A model generated the notes under the pieces. The model was not told where the DNA came from. It searched no databases and saw only the letters and a program-made list of their open reading frames with translations. A stretch of DNA of 60,731 nucleotides, taken from UHGV virus genome UHGV-1514873, one strand, 5' to 3'. Position numbers and translations under genes: made by a program. Positions 30,260-40,374 of this stretch are shown here, one piece after another. Within the stretch, counting starts at the first letter, position 1, and each line of letters starts with the position of its first letter. The stretch is from a virus.

Positions 30260-31255
30260 GTGACCGTGAGAGCACTACTGACCCCTGAAATAGCCCCGCG
30301 TATGGGGATCGTATTGTTCAGACCAGGTTCAGAGCTGATGCCCCTGTTTATGCAGGGGCGTGTACTGCTGGAGCCTGAGCCGGAACGTTATTCATCTTTC
30401 GCCAGTGGTGCCGTTCCCGCGGCATCACAACCGCTGGCGGATGATCCTGCTGTTCGGGCCGTGTTCCGCAATGAGGCAGTGATCCGTCGTGCTGGTGGCG
30501 TGGAATGTCTTGAAAGCTGGTTACTTCGTGAAAAAGGCTGCCAGTGGCCTCATTCCGACTGGCACAGCGAGAACATGACCACAATGCGACACGCTCCGGG
30601 CGCAATCCGTCTGTGCTGGCACTGTGATAACCAGCTGCGCGATCAGTTCACGGAACGGCTGGAATCAATGGCAACGGATAACTGTGCCCGCTGGGTGTTG
30701 TCTGTTGTGCGTCGGGATCTCGGTTTTGATGATAGTCACGTTGTGACAATGCCGGAACTGTGCTGGTGGCTGATTCGTAATGACCTGGCGGATGCCTTAC
30801 CGGAAAGTGCAGCCCGTAAGGCACTGAGATTACCAAAGCCTGTTGTGCCGTCTGTCACCCGGGAAAGTGACCTTGTGCCTTCGGTTCCTGCCACCAGCAT
30901 CATCCAGGATAAGGCAAAAAAGGTGCTGGCGCTGAAAGTGGATCCGGAGTCGCCGGAGTCTTTTATGTTACGCCCAAAACGTCGCCGCTGGGTTAATGAA
31001 AAGTACACGCGCTGGGTTAAGACACAGCCGTGTGCATGTTGTGGAAAGCCCGCTGATGATCCCCACCACCTGATAGGCCACGGTCAGGGGGGAATGGGTA
31101 CAAAAGCGCATGACCTCTTTGTGTTGCCTTTGTGCAGAAAGCATCACGACGAGCTGCATGCGGATACCGTGGCATTTGAAGAGAAGTATGGCTCCCAGCT
31201 GGAGCTGATATTTCGTTTTATCGATCGCGCGCTGGCAATTGGCGTGCTGGCCTGA
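30260..31255 (+). CDS. DUF968-like protein with C-terminal Cys/His cluster
   Basis: CACCGKPADDPHH...CRKHHDELH motif; start ambiguous (GTG 30260/30266 or ATG 30302). Confidence 0.55.
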   Translation: MTVRALLTPEIAPRMGIVLFRPGSELMPLFMQGRVLLEPEPERYSSFASGAVPAASQPLADDPAVRAVFRNEAVIRRAGGVECLESWLLREKGCQWPHSDWHSENMTTMRHAPGAIRLCWHCDNQLRDQFTERLESMATDNCARWVLSVVRRDLGFDDSHVVTMPELCWWLIRNDLADALPESAARKALRLPKPVVPSVTRESDLVPSVPATSIIQDKAKKVLALKVDPESPESFMLRPKRRRWVNEKYTRWVKTQPCACCGKPADDPHHLIGHGQGGMGTKAHDLFVLPLCRKHHDELHADTVAFEEKYGSQLELIFRFIDRALAIGVLA

Positions 31256-31272
31256 TTTTGTGGAGAAAGTTG

Positions 31273-31650
31273 ATGCGTGATATTCAGATGGTTCTGGATC
31301 GTTGGGGGGCATGGGCGGCGAGTGATAGTTCTGGGGTAGACTATTCGCCTATAGCTGCTGGGTTTAAAGGGCTTCTTCCCTATACAAGCAAAACACGTCA
31401 GGCTTGTTCAGATAGTGATGCATTAATTATTGAAGGTTGTCTTGCTCGTCTAAAGCAAAAAAGACCTGAAGAACACTCGCTTCTTGTTGCCCATTACCTA
31501 TACGGTATCTCTAAAAGAAAGCTCGCCAAGGCTCGTAAAAAGGATGAGAAACTAATACGCATTGAGATACAGATGGCTGAGGGGTTTATTGATGGCTGCC
31601 TATCGATGTTGGAAATTAGTCTAGAGATGGACCCCGAAGTTAAAGATTGA
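31273..31650 (+). CDS. Q: late-gene antiterminator Q (phage 82 type)
   Basis: MRDIQMVLDRWGAWAASDSSGVDYSPIAAGFKGLLP matches 82-type Q N-terminus; ATG 31273 with GGAG RBS. Confidence 0.8.
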   Translation: MRDIQMVLDRWGAWAASDSSGVDYSPIAAGFKGLLPYTSKTRQACSDSDALIIEGCLARLKQKRPEEHSLLVAHYLYGISKRKLAKARKKDEKLIRIEIQMAEGFIDGCLSMLEISLEMDPEVKD

Positions 31651-31656
31651 TTATTG

Positions 31657-31680
31657 AAGCCCGATTACTCGGGCTTTTGT
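31657..31680 (+). terminator. Rho-independent terminator after Q
   Basis: aagcccg/attact/cgggctt perfect 7-bp stem plus T-run. Confidence 0.6.
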
Positions 31681-32684
31681 TCCACATCTCGAACATAGAG
31701 AATTACTGCTGACTTAATGTCACCATCGACGTGTTTTGCGTTAATGCTCAAATGTACAGGCTTTCTTTCCCACTCAGCTCGCTGCAATGCTTCTTTGTTT
31801 CCGGATTCATCAAGGAAAACATCCTGAACTACGCAGGTTAGACGTTGGTCGGTATCTACGCGTCGGACCTTAACTTTGAAACTCTCTGGGTCAGTATTAT
31901 TGACTTCTTCAATTCGGTAAATACCATCAATCCTCATTTCTGATGAACGTCTACGAGCATTCGTAACCAACTCTTTCGCCATTTCAGAATCAATAGTAAC
32001 GCCATCAATTTGAGCGTTATCTGAACGCACAAAGGATTTGACCATTTGGGTTTTAGCGTCATACGACATACGGTCCATGTTATCGAGAAGTGGTTTTTCC
32101 GCAATCATTTCTGAAATAACCCGCAGGCGTTTAGTTTCTTGCTCGCTCATGATCTGCATAGTCCGGAGATGTTCTTTCTCTCCATCCTTAGCAATTTCTG
32201 CAAGGCGAATATCTTTGCGGTTGTCCAAGAACCGTTTAAATACTGTTACTCCGCCCCAGATGACTGCTGCGCCGAGAACAGTAAACATGATCTCAGTTGC
32301 GTTCATTTTACCAACAAGTTCCTGTGTGAGTTTGGTTAAAAAGCCATCAATGTTGATTTCTACTATTGAAGAACCCTGTTCTACCGTAACTTCTATTTCT
32401 AGGGCATCAAGTTCTTCTTTGGTCAGTTTGCGGACGTCAGGGACACCGTACTTGGCAAGGGCATATGATTTGTTGATTTGAGCTTGCATTTCAACAAATC
32501 CCTTCATAACTGAAGGTGTTAGCGATCTGTTGAATTTTTCACCGGTTAATCTGATGGTAAGGTTTGGCCATCCGTTGAAACTTAAACTGTCAGGTAAACC
32601 ATAACCATCAAGATAGCTTTCAAGCAAATCGAAGGCTTGCTGCTCAGATTCAATGTCTACATGAATCTCATCAAACTTATCCAA
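31665..32684 (-). CDS. unknown 339-aa protein with one central hydrophobic helix (moron between Q and late operon)
   Basis: AT-rich, opposite strand to all flanking phage genes; TTG start 32684 with GAGGA RBS; no family recognised. Confidence 0.6.
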   Translation of the reverse strand: MDKFDEIHVDIESEQQAFDLLESYLDGYGLPDSLSFNGWPNLTIRLTGEKFNRSLTPSVMKGFVEMQAQINKSYALAKYGVPDVRKLTKEELDALEIEVTVEQGSSIVEINIDGFLTKLTQELVGKMNATEIMFTVLGAAVIWGGVTVFKRFLDNRKDIRLAEIAKDGEKEHLRTMQIMSEQETKRLRVISEMIAEKPLLDNMDRMSYDAKTQMVKSFVRSDNAQIDGVTIDSEMAKELVTNARRRSSEMRIDGIYRIEEVNNTDPESFKVKVRRVDTDQRLTCVVQDVFLDESGNKEALQRAEWERKPVHLSINAKHVDGDIKSAVILYVRDVEQKPE

Positions 32685-33003
32685 AAGTATGTCCTCATTC
32701 TAAGCCAACTGTCACCGTGAGGTTTGGCAACGCCTGCTTTATTTTTCGTTTTAAGTTGTGTGGCAAAAAAATAATGGAAAAACAGATAAAAATCACTAAC
32801 GCGGTCCGCATTTTCTAGATTACTGTGTTAAGAGTGGTTACTTCGCCACACAGCTTAAACCCGCCGCTGAGCGGTTTTTTTGTACCTGTAAACTTGGTGC
32901 AGTACAGTAAACACGCTGGTGGTCGTGAATACTGACTTTTTATCTTGCTGGCTTTTTAGACAAGAGTTATTGGTATGTCATGTTAACCAGAAGGGAAAAA
33001 GAC

Positions 33004-33207
33004 ATGCTAAAACAGCAAGATATGACAGAAACCGCCGCCGTAGTCCTTCATTTCTTACCTGCTGACAAGTGGGTAACGCCACGCATGATGACGAGAACTA
33101 CCGGAGTAAGCGAAGCCCGGTGCCAGTTAATACTGACTCAGTTAGTTCTGGCGGGTCTGGCGAAGGATAACGGCGGGTATGGGAATAAATTCAGACGCTG
33201 CCAGTAA
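33004..33207 (+). CDS. hypothetical small protein, first gene of late operon
   Basis: 67 aa from ATG 33004 with RBS aaggga. Confidence 0.45.
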   Translation: MLKQQDMTETAAVVLHFLPADKWVTPRMMTRTTGVSEARCQLILTQLVLAGLAKDNGGYGNKFRRCQ

Positions 33208-33357
33208 TGGCGGTTTCCTGCTGTGAAAATGGGCGGCTGGTGGGTGTTGGTAGCACCTGCCAGCCATTCGCTCATGCTTACTGGTCACAAGCGAACCACG
33301 GCCCACTGCTTTAGCGCAAAAGCAGAGTGAGCCTACCAGAGTTACGCTTACTGATCC

Positions 33358-34410
33358 ATGAAAAATACTGTAAAAATAAACAGTGTTGATTTAATCAACG
33401 CTGATTGCCTGCATTTTATTCAGTCCCTGCCTGATGATTCCATTGACCTGATTGTTACCGATCCGCCTTACTTCAAGGTGAAACCTAACGGTTGGGACAA
33501 TCAGTGGAAAGGGGACGAAGATTACCTTAAGTGGCTGGACCACTGTCTGGCCCAGTTCTGGCGGGTGTTGAAACCTGCCGGAAGCCTTTACCTGTTCTGT
33601 GGGCATCGCCTGGCATCTGATATTGAGATCATGATGCGTGAACGTTTCAACGTGCTTAACCATATCATCTGGGCGAAGCCGTCCGGACGTTGGAATGGGT
33701 GTAATAAAGAAAGTCTGCGCGCATATTTTCCTGCCACAGAGCGCGTTCTGTTTGCTGAACATTACCAGGGGCCATATCGCGGCAAAAGTGACGGCTATGC
33801 GGCAAAAGAAAGGGAACTCAAACAGCACATAATGGCACCGCTGATATCGTATTTCAGGGATGCTCGTGCCGAACTGGGTATAACGGCAAAACAAATTGCC
33901 GAAGCCACAGGTAAGAAAAATATGGTTTCCCACTGGTTTGGTGCCAGTCAGTGGCAGTTGCCGAATGAGGCTGACTATCGGAAGTTACAGGCACTGTTTT
34001 CCCGTATAGCGGCAGAGAAGTTTCAGGAACAACAACTGGAACAACCACACCACCAGCTGGTGGCATCTTATGATTCACTGAATCGCAAATATTCTGAATT
34101 GCTGGATGAGTTTAAATCTCTCCGGCGCTATTTCTCCGTATCAGTCTCCGTGCCTTATACCGATGTCTGGACGCATAAGCCCGTTCAGTTCTACCCGGGT
34201 AAACATCCGTGCGAGAAACCGGCGGATATGCTCCGGCAAATAATCAATGCCAGTAGTCGACCTGGTGATCTGGTTGCTGATTTCTTTATGGGATCCGGTT
34301 CCACAATAAAAGCAGCAATGGCGCTGGGGCGTCGGGCGTTAGGTGTTGAACTTGAGTCAGAGCGGTTTAATCAGACGGTGAAAGAGGTAAGTGAACTGGT
34401 GGGGAAATAA
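33358..34410 (+). CDS. DNA methyltransferase, beta-class (motif IV DPPY before motif I), orphan
   Basis: LIVTDPPYF near N-terminus and DLVADFFMGSGSTIKAA near C-terminus. Confidence 0.8.
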   Translation: MKNTVKINSVDLINADCLHFIQSLPDDSIDLIVTDPPYFKVKPNGWDNQWKGDEDYLKWLDHCLAQFWRVLKPAGSLYLFCGHRLASDIEIMMRERFNVLNHIIWAKPSGRWNGCNKESLRAYFPATERVLFAEHYQGPYRGKSDGYAAKERELKQHIMAPLISYFRDARAELGITAKQIAEATGKKNMVSHWFGASQWQLPNEADYRKLQALFSRIAAEKFQEQQLEQPHHQLVASYDSLNRKYSELLDEFKSLRRYFSVSVSVPYTDVWTHKPVQFYPGKHPCEKPADMLRQIINASSRPGDLVADFFMGSGSTIKAAMALGRRALGVELESERFNQTVKEVSELVGK

Positions 34411-34486
34411 TTCTGGTGGCCACGTTGCGTGGCCTTTTTATTTCCAACACAGCACCCGCAAATATCGCGAGGTGAGAGATGACGAA

Positions 34487-34822
34487 ATGTCTCATAACCC
34501 AAATACCTGGCCGGACTGGCTGGAGTTGTTTCAGAGCTGGTGGCGTGGAGACACACCGCTGGGTGCAGTGATTATGTCGATCGTTATGGCTGGTTTGCGC
34601 ATCGCCTATTTTGGCGGTGGTGGTGGCTGGAAGCGAAAAACGCTCGAGATTTTGCTATGTGGCGCTCTGACGCTGACCTTTGCATCCGCTCTTGAATATG
34701 TCGGATGGCCTAAATCGCTTTCTGTTGCCATTGGTGGTGGCGTGGGGCTGATCGGTGTCGATGCTATTCGTGGGGCTGCAATGCGAGTAATCGGTAACAA
34801 ATTTGGTAGCTCGAAGGAGTAA
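34487..34822 (+). CDS. holin, lambda S-like class I
   Basis: Three hydrophobic segments, charged C-terminus; internal ATG 34487 chosen. Confidence 0.7.
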   Translation: MSHNPNTWPDWLELFQSWWRGDTPLGAVIMSIVMAGLRIAYFGGGGGWKRKTLEILLCGALTLTFASALEYVGWPKSLSVAIGGGVGLIGVDAIRGAAMRVIGNKFGSSKE

Positions 34823-34825
34823 TTT

Positions 34826-35302
34826 ATGCAGGCACTAAATTCCCAGCGTAAAGCTTTCCTGGATATGGTGGCATGGTCAGAAGGAACGGATAACGGGCGA
34901 CAACCGACACGTAACCACGGTTATGATGTTATTGTTGGTGGCGAACTGTTCACTGATTACTCCGATCACCCTCGCAAACTTGTCACGCTAAACCCCAAAC
35001 TCAAATCAACAGCTGCCGGACGTTACCAGCTTCTTTCACGCTGGTGGGATGCTTACCGTAAACAGCTTGGCCTGAAAGATTTTTCTCCAGAAAGCCAGGA
35101 CGCTGTAGCTCTGCAGCAGATTAAAGAGCGTGGTGCTTTACCGATGATTGACCGCGGCAGTATTCGTCAGGCAATCGACCGTTGCAGCAATATCTGGGCG
35201 TCGTTACCTGGTGCAGGTTACGGTCAGTATGAACATAAAATCGGTGACCTGATTGCCCGATTTAAAAAAGCTGGTGGGGTAGTAAATGAGGCTGAGATAT
35301 AA
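34826..35302 (+). CDS. R: endolysin, lambda R-type lytic transglycosylase
   Basis: Near-identical to lambda R as recalled (QRKAFLDMVAWSEGTDNGRQPTRNHGYDVIVGGELFTDYSDHPRKLVTLNPKLKSTAAGRYQLLSRWWDAYRKQLGLKDFSP). Confidence 0.95.
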   Translation: MQALNSQRKAFLDMVAWSEGTDNGRQPTRNHGYDVIVGGELFTDYSDHPRKLVTLNPKLKSTAAGRYQLLSRWWDAYRKQLGLKDFSPESQDAVALQQIKERGALPMIDRGSIRQAIDRCSNIWASLPGAGYGQYEHKIGDLIARFKKAGGVVNEAEI

Positions 35303-35678
35303 GCTGGTTATTGTTGCCTTCGTTGTTAGCGTCATTGGTTCCTTCATCTGGTCTGCTGGACATTACTACAGCAAATATCAGCACGAAAAGGAGCGTGCTG
35401 ATGAGGCTGTACGAAATGCTGAATCAGCAACTGCCATTACCCGTAACGTTCTGCAATCACTGCAAATCATCAATACAGTTATAGAGGCTAACCAGCATGC
35501 AAAACAGCAGATCGCACTGGAGTCACAGAGAACCCAGGAAGATATCAAAGTGGCTGTTGCGGATGATGATTGTGCTTCACGTCATGTGCCTGCTGCCGCT
35601 GCTGACCGGTTGCGGAAGTACGCGAACAGTTTACGTGCCGGTTCCGGCGGTACCGCTGCCAACAAGCCTGACCACTGA
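35286..35678 (+). CDS. Rz: i-spanin Rz-like
   Basis: N-terminal TM helix followed by helical periplasmic domain; follows endolysin. Confidence 0.7.
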   Translation: MRLRYKLVIVAFVVSVIGSFIWSAGHYYSKYQHEKERADEAVRNAESATAITRNVLQSLQIINTVIEANQHAKQQIALESQRTQEDIKVAVADDDCASRHVPAAAADRLRKYANSLRAGSGGTAANKPDH

Positions 35679-35820
35679 AACGCCCCAGCCAGTCATTCCC
35701 GACCCGCTGACCTATGGGGCCAGTCTGGATCTGAATGTGAGCCTGCTTTCGGCGCTGGGCCAGTGCAACATCGACAAGGCCAGTATCAGGAAGATAGAAA
35801 CGTCACGCAACTCACAGTAG
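35563..35820 (+). CDS. Rz1: o-spanin Rz1-like lipoprotein, overlapping 3' end of Rz in another frame
   Basis: Lipobox LLTGC and proline-rich mature part; start Met uncertain (ORF opens 35497). Confidence 0.6.
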   Translation: MMIVLHVMCLLPLLTGCGSTRTVYVPVPAVPLPTSLTTETPQPVIPDPLTYGASLDLNVSLLSALGQCNIDKASIRKIETSRNSQ

Positions 35821-35859
35821 CCATTACAAAGCTCATCTGCGGGTGGGCTTTGTAATGGC

Positions 35860-36165
35860 TTATTCGTAGTTGTCACCAGGGAAGTATTCCTGAAACTTTG
35901 ATTTTGGGAGCTGGGTTTTCGCGAAGTTCGCAAGCCTTCCTCTTGTAAGCATGTAGTCACACCCACCTTCTTGTTTGAGAAGGTCACCAGCTAATGTCCG
36001 ATACACAACGTCACTTCGCAAAATTTCAATGGTGGAATTCCTGATGAGAAATGTTTCACACATCGGGCATCTAATTAACCAAGCGGTATCACGGTTCTGC
36101 CAGGTCGCATCTGAATTGCAAGCCGGGCAGCATTTCTGATCTTCTTGTCCTATGACCATTGTCAT
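35860..36165 (-). CDS. small Cys-rich (zinc-ribbon-like) protein, moron
   Basis: CCPAC...CPMC motif pair; opposite strand between lysis and packaging genes. Confidence 0.5.
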   Translation of the reverse strand: MTMVIGQEDQKCCPACNSDATWQNRDTAWLIRCPMCETFLIRNSTIEILRSDVVYRTLAGDLLKQEGGCDYMLTRGRLANFAKTQLPKSKFQEYFPGDNYE

Positions 36166-36238
36166 GCTCTCGCATAGTGAAGGAATTTTCAGATTAACTC
36201 ATTTTCAGACGCATCGTAATGGCTTAAGGAAACAATTA

Positions 36239-36589
36239 ATGCCACCACGTACACCAAAAGCCTGCCGCGTTCGCGGTTGCCGCAATACCACTACTGACCC
36301 GTCAGGCTATTGCGAAAGCCACAAAAGCGAAGGCTGGAAGCAATACAAACCAGGCCTGTCACGTCATCAGCGCGGCTACGGTTCGAAGTGGGACAGTATC
36401 CGCGCGCGTGTCCTGAAGCGTGACAAAGGCCTGTGTCAGTTATGTCTGCGTGCTGGTGTGGTGCGTGAGGCGAAGACCGTTGACCACATCATCCCTAAAT
36501 CGCATGGCGGCACTGATGTCGACAGTAATCTGCAGAGTTTGTGCTGGCCGTGTCATAAGGCGAAGACGGCCCGTGAACGGCTGAAGTAA
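36239..36589 (+). CDS. HNH endonuclease
   Basis: C..C...DHIIPKSHGG...C..CH HNH motif; typical position before terminase. Confidence 0.8.
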   Translation: MPPRTPKACRVRGCRNTTTDPSGYCESHKSEGWKQYKPGLSRHQRGYGSKWDSIRARVLKRDKGLCQLCLRAGVVREAKTVDHIIPKSHGGTDVDSNLQSLCWPCHKAKTARERLK

Positions 36590-36714
36590 GAACCAGTTCC
36601 CACTGCCAGAGGGGAGGGGCGGGTCAAATCCCTGTGACCTGACGTCTTCCGGACTGCCCGCCCCATCGTTTTTTTATACCCGCGAAAAATGAAATTTAAC
36701 CAGGAGTGCCGCAT

Positions 36715-37209
36715 ATGGCTGGAACGGCGGGGCGTTCCGGGCGTCGCCCCAAGCCAACGGCGCGCAAGGCGCTGGCCGGAAACCCCGGCAAGCGAGCCCT
36801 GAACAAAGATGAACCCGTTTTTACGCCCATCAAAGGTGTTGAGCCACCGGAGTGGTTCGCTGAAGAAGAGCTCCCTCTCGCCACGATCATGTGGCAACTG
36901 ACAACCAAAGAACTCTGCGGTCAGGGCCTGCTGTGCGTGACTGACCTCGCAGTGCTTGAGCGGTGGTGCGTGGCCTATGAGTTCTGGCGACGTGCCGTGA
37001 AAAATATTGCCAGACAGGGCAACACCATCACCGGTGCAATGGGCGGCATGGTCAAAAATCCGGAGCTGACCGCCAAAAAAGAACAGGAGTCCGAGATGAG
37101 CAGTACGGGGGCAATGCTCGGACTCGACCCCAGCAGCCGCCAGCGTCTGATTGGCCTGGCGGGGCAGAAGAAAGCCACTAACCCGTTTCTGAAAATTATC
37201 GAATCATGA
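36715..37209 (+). CDS. terminase small subunit, P27 family
   Basis: [15 protein letters not shown]-terminus; ATG 36715 with AGGAG RBS preferred over GTG 36706. Confidence 0.8.
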   Translation: MAGTAGRSGRRPKPTARKALAGNPGKRALNKDEPVFTPIKGVEPPEWFAEEELPLATIMWQLTTKELCGQGLLCVTDLAVLERWCVAYEFWRRAVKNIARQGNTITGAMGGMVKNPELTAKKEQESEMSSTGAMLGLDPSSRQRLIGLAGQKKATNPFLKIIES

Positions 37210-38939
37210 GCCGGAAATCTTACCCCAACGTAAATGCTGCCAATCAGTATGCCCGGGATGTCGTGCGCGGAAAGATTGTTGCCTGCCAGTTTGTGATTCA
37301 GGCCTGCCAGCGCCATCTTGATGACCTGATGGCGGAAAAAAGTAAGTCGTTTCGTTACCGCTTCGACAAGGACCTGGCTGAACGGGCCGCCAAATTTATT
37401 CAGCTGTTGCCGCACACCAAGGGTGAGTGGGCATTCAAGAGGATGCCCATCACGCTGGAGCCGTGGCAGCTCTTTGTGATCTGCTGTGCGTTTGGCTGGG
37501 TCAATAAAGGCTCCCGGCTGCGCCGCTTCCGGGAGGTGTATACCGAAATCCCCCGTAAGAACGGCAAATCGGCAATCTCTGCCGGTGTCGCCCTGTATTG
37601 TTTTGCCTGTGATAACGAGTTTGGCGCGGAAGTGTATTCCGGTGCCACGACAGAGAAACAGGCGTGGGAAGTCTTTCGCCCGGCGCGACTGATGTGTAAA
37701 CGCACGCCCATGCTGACGGAAGCGTTCGGGATTGAGGTTAACGCCTCAAACATGAACCGTCCGGAGGATGGCGCGCGGTTTGAACCGCTGATCGGTAACC
37801 CCGGTGATGGTTCATCACCCCACTGTGCGGTGGTGGATGAATATCACGAGCACGCCACCGATGCGCTTTACACCACGATGCTTACCGGGATGGGGGCGCG
37901 ACGTCAGCCACTGATGTGGGCCATTACTACTGCCGGGTACAACATTGAGGGGCCGTGCTACGACAAGCGACGGGAAGTTATCGAGATGCTCAACGGGTCG
38001 GTACCCAACGATGAACTGTTCGGGATCATCTATACCGTTGACGAAGGCGATGACTGGACCGACCCGCAGGTGCTGGAAAAAGCTAACCCGAATATTGGCG
38101 TGTCGGTTTATCGCGAATTTTTGTTAAGTCAGCAGCAGCGTGCGAAAAATAACGCCCGTCTGGCAAACGTCTTTAAAACAAAACACCTCAATATCTGGGT
38201 GTCGGCGCGTTCGGCGTATTTCAACCTGGTGAGCTGGCAGAGCTGCGAGGATAAATCACTGACCCTTGAGCAGTTCGAGGGGCAGCCGTGCATTCTGGCC
38301 TTTGACCTGGCGCGTAAGCTGGATATGAACAGCATGGCGCGACTTTATACCCGCGAGATTGACGGTAAAACGCATTACTACAGTGTGGCCCCGCGTTTCT
38401 GGGTACCGTATGACACGGTGTACAGCGTCGAGAAAAATGAAGATCGACGGACAGCCGAACGCTTTCAGAAATGGGTGGAAATGGGCGTTCTGACCGTTAC
38501 CGATGGTGCGGAGGTGGATTATCGCTACATCCTCGAGGAGGCCAAAGCGGCGAACAAAATCAGCCCGGTCAGTGAGTCACCCATTGACCCCTTCGGGGCG
38601 ACCGGGTTGTCACATGACCTTGCTGATGAAGACCTGAACCCCATCACTATCATTCAGAACTACACCAACATGTCCGACCCGATGAAAGAGCTGGAAGCGG
38701 CAATTGAATCGGGGCGCTTTCATCATGATGGCAATCCCATCATGACCTGGTGTATCGGCAACGTGGTCGGCAAAACCATTCCGGGTAACGATGATGTGGT
38801 GAAGCCCGTCAAAGAGCAGGCGGAAAACAAAATCGATGGTGCAGTTGCGCTGATTATGGCGGTTGGCAGAGCCATGCTGTACGAGAAAGAAGACACGCTG
38901 TCTGACCACATTGAGTCCTATGGGATCCGCTCGCTTTAA
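37206..38939 (+). CDS. terminase large subunit
   Basis: 577 aa; position between TerS and portal; conserved acidic motifs. Confidence 0.9.
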   Translation: MSRKSYPNVNAANQYARDVVRGKIVACQFVIQACQRHLDDLMAEKSKSFRYRFDKDLAERAAKFIQLLPHTKGEWAFKRMPITLEPWQLFVICCAFGWVNKGSRLRRFREVYTEIPRKNGKSAISAGVALYCFACDNEFGAEVYSGATTEKQAWEVFRPARLMCKRTPMLTEAFGIEVNASNMNRPEDGARFEPLIGNPGDGSSPHCAVVDEYHEHATDALYTTMLTGMGARRQPLMWAITTAGYNIEGPCYDKRREVIEMLNGSVPNDELFGIIYTVDEGDDWTDPQVLEKANPNIGVSVYREFLLSQQQRAKNNARLANVFKTKHLNIWVSARSAYFNLVSWQSCEDKSLTLEQFEGQPCILAFDLARKLDMNSMARLYTREIDGKTHYYSVAPRFWVPYDTVYSVEKNEDRRTAERFQKWVEMGVLTVTDGAEVDYRYILEEAKAANKISPVSESPIDPFGATGLSHDLADEDLNPITIIQNYTNMSDPMKELEAAIESGRFHHDGNPIMTWCIGNVVGKTIPGNDDVVKPVKEQAENKIDGAVALIMAVGRAMLYEKEDTLSDHIESYGIRSL

Positions 38940-38950
38940 CTGAGGTAATT

Positions 38951-39133
38951 ATGATCATGCTGATTCTCGCGCCTCTGGTGGGCGTGCTGGGGGCGCTTTT
39001 GCTGGCGTATGGTGCCTGGCTGATTTATCCCCCGGCGGGGGTTGTTGTTGCCGGGGCGTTGTGCCTGTTCTGGTCGTGGCTGGTGGCGCGATATCTCGAC
39101 CGTACACAGTCGTCTGTCGGCGGAGGTAAATAG
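38951..39133 (+). CDS. small membrane protein
   Basis: 60 aa, two hydrophobic segments. Confidence 0.4.
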   Translation: MIMLILAPLVGVLGALLLAYGAWLIYPPAGVVVAGALCLFWSWLVARYLDRTQSSVGGGK

Positions 39134-40374
39134 TGTTCTTTTCGGGATTATTTCAACGAAAAAGTGACGCACCGGTGACCACGCCAGCAGAGCTGGCGGA
39201 TGCTATCGGGTTGTCCTACGACACCTATACCGGAAAGCAGATCAGCAGCCAGCGGGCCATGCGACTGACGGCGGTTTTTTCCTGCGTCAGGGTGCTGGCA
39301 GAGTCGGTCGGGATGTTGCCCTGCAATCTGTATCACCTGAACGGCAGCCTGAAACAGAGAGCCACCGGCGAGCGTCTGCATAAGCTGATCTCCACGCATC
39401 CCAATGGCTATATGACGCCGCAGGAGTTCTGGGAGCTGGTGGTCACCTGTCTGTGCCTGCGGGGAAACTTTTACGCCTACAAAGTGAAAGCATTTGGCGA
39501 AGTGGCTGAACTGCTGCCCGTCGATCCCGGCTGTGTGGTACCGAAGCTTAACAGTAGCTGGGAGCCGGTCTATCAGGTCACATTCCCGGACGGCTCCACG
39601 GATGTACTGAGCCAGGAGGATATCTGGCATGTGCGCACGCTGACGCTGGACGGTCTGGTGGGGCTGAATCCCATCGCCTATGCCCGCGAGGCAATATCGC
39701 TGGCAGCTGCGACCGAAGAGCACGGGGCCAGACTGTTCAGCAATGGTGCGGTGACGTCCGGTGTGTTGCGTACAGAGCAGACGCTGTCGGATCAGGCTTA
39801 TGAGCGCCTGAAGAAAGATTTTGAGGAGCGTCACACCGGGCTTGGCAATGCTCACCGCCCGATGATCCTTGAGATGGGGCTGGACTGGAAGTCGATGGCG
39901 CTGAACGCCGAGGACAGCCAGTTCCTGGAAACCCGCAAGTTTCAGCTTGAAGAAATCTGTCGTCTGTTCCGGGTGCCGTTGCACATGGTGCAGAACACCG
40001 ATCGCGCCACCTTCAACAATATCGAAGAGCTGGGGCTGGGATTTATCAACTATTCACTGGTTCCGTATCTGACCCGCATCGAACAGCGGATCAACACCGG
40101 ACTGGTACGAAAAAGTAAGCAGGGCGTTTATTACGCCAAATTTAACGCCGGGGCGTTACTGCGCGGGGATATGAAGTCCCGTTTTGAAGCCTACGCCACC
40201 GGGATCAACTGGGGAATTTACTCTCCCAATGACTGCCGCGACCTGGAAGATATGAATCCGCGTCCCGGTGGTGATGTCTATCTCACACCGATGAACATGA
40301 CCACGAAACCCTCCGATGGCAGTAAAGCCGGTAAGCAGAAGGATAACGCCAATGCAGACGAAACAACGTCTTGA
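39133..40374 (+). CDS. portal protein, HK97 family
   Basis: 413 aa; GTG start with GGAGG RBS; position. Confidence 0.85.
   Translation: MFFSGLFQRKSDAPVTTPAELADAIGLSYDTYTGKQISSQRAMRLTAVFSCVRVLAESVGMLPCNLYHLNGSLKQRATGERLHKLISTHPNGYMTPQEFWELVVTCLCLRGNFYAYKVKAFGEVAELLPVDPGCVVPKLNSSWEPVYQVTFPDGSTDVLSQEDIWHVRTLTLDGLVGLNPIAYAREAISLAAATEEHGARLFSNGAVTSGVLRTEQTLSDQAYERLKKDFEERHTGLGNAHRPMILEMGLDWKSMALNAEDSQFLETRKFQLEEICRLFRVPLHMVQNTDRATFNNIEELGLGFINYSLVPYLTRIEQRINTGLVRKSKQGVYYAKFNAGALLRGDMKSRFEAYATGINWGIYSPNDCRDLEDMNPRPGGDVYLTPMNMTTKPSDGSKAGKQKDNANADETTS

Noticed and set aside
39148-39984. 278-aa minus-strand ORF inside the portal gene
   Set aside because: Antisense to a well-supported portal gene; composition (Q/H/R/L-rich) typical of an antisense frame in GC-rich DNA.
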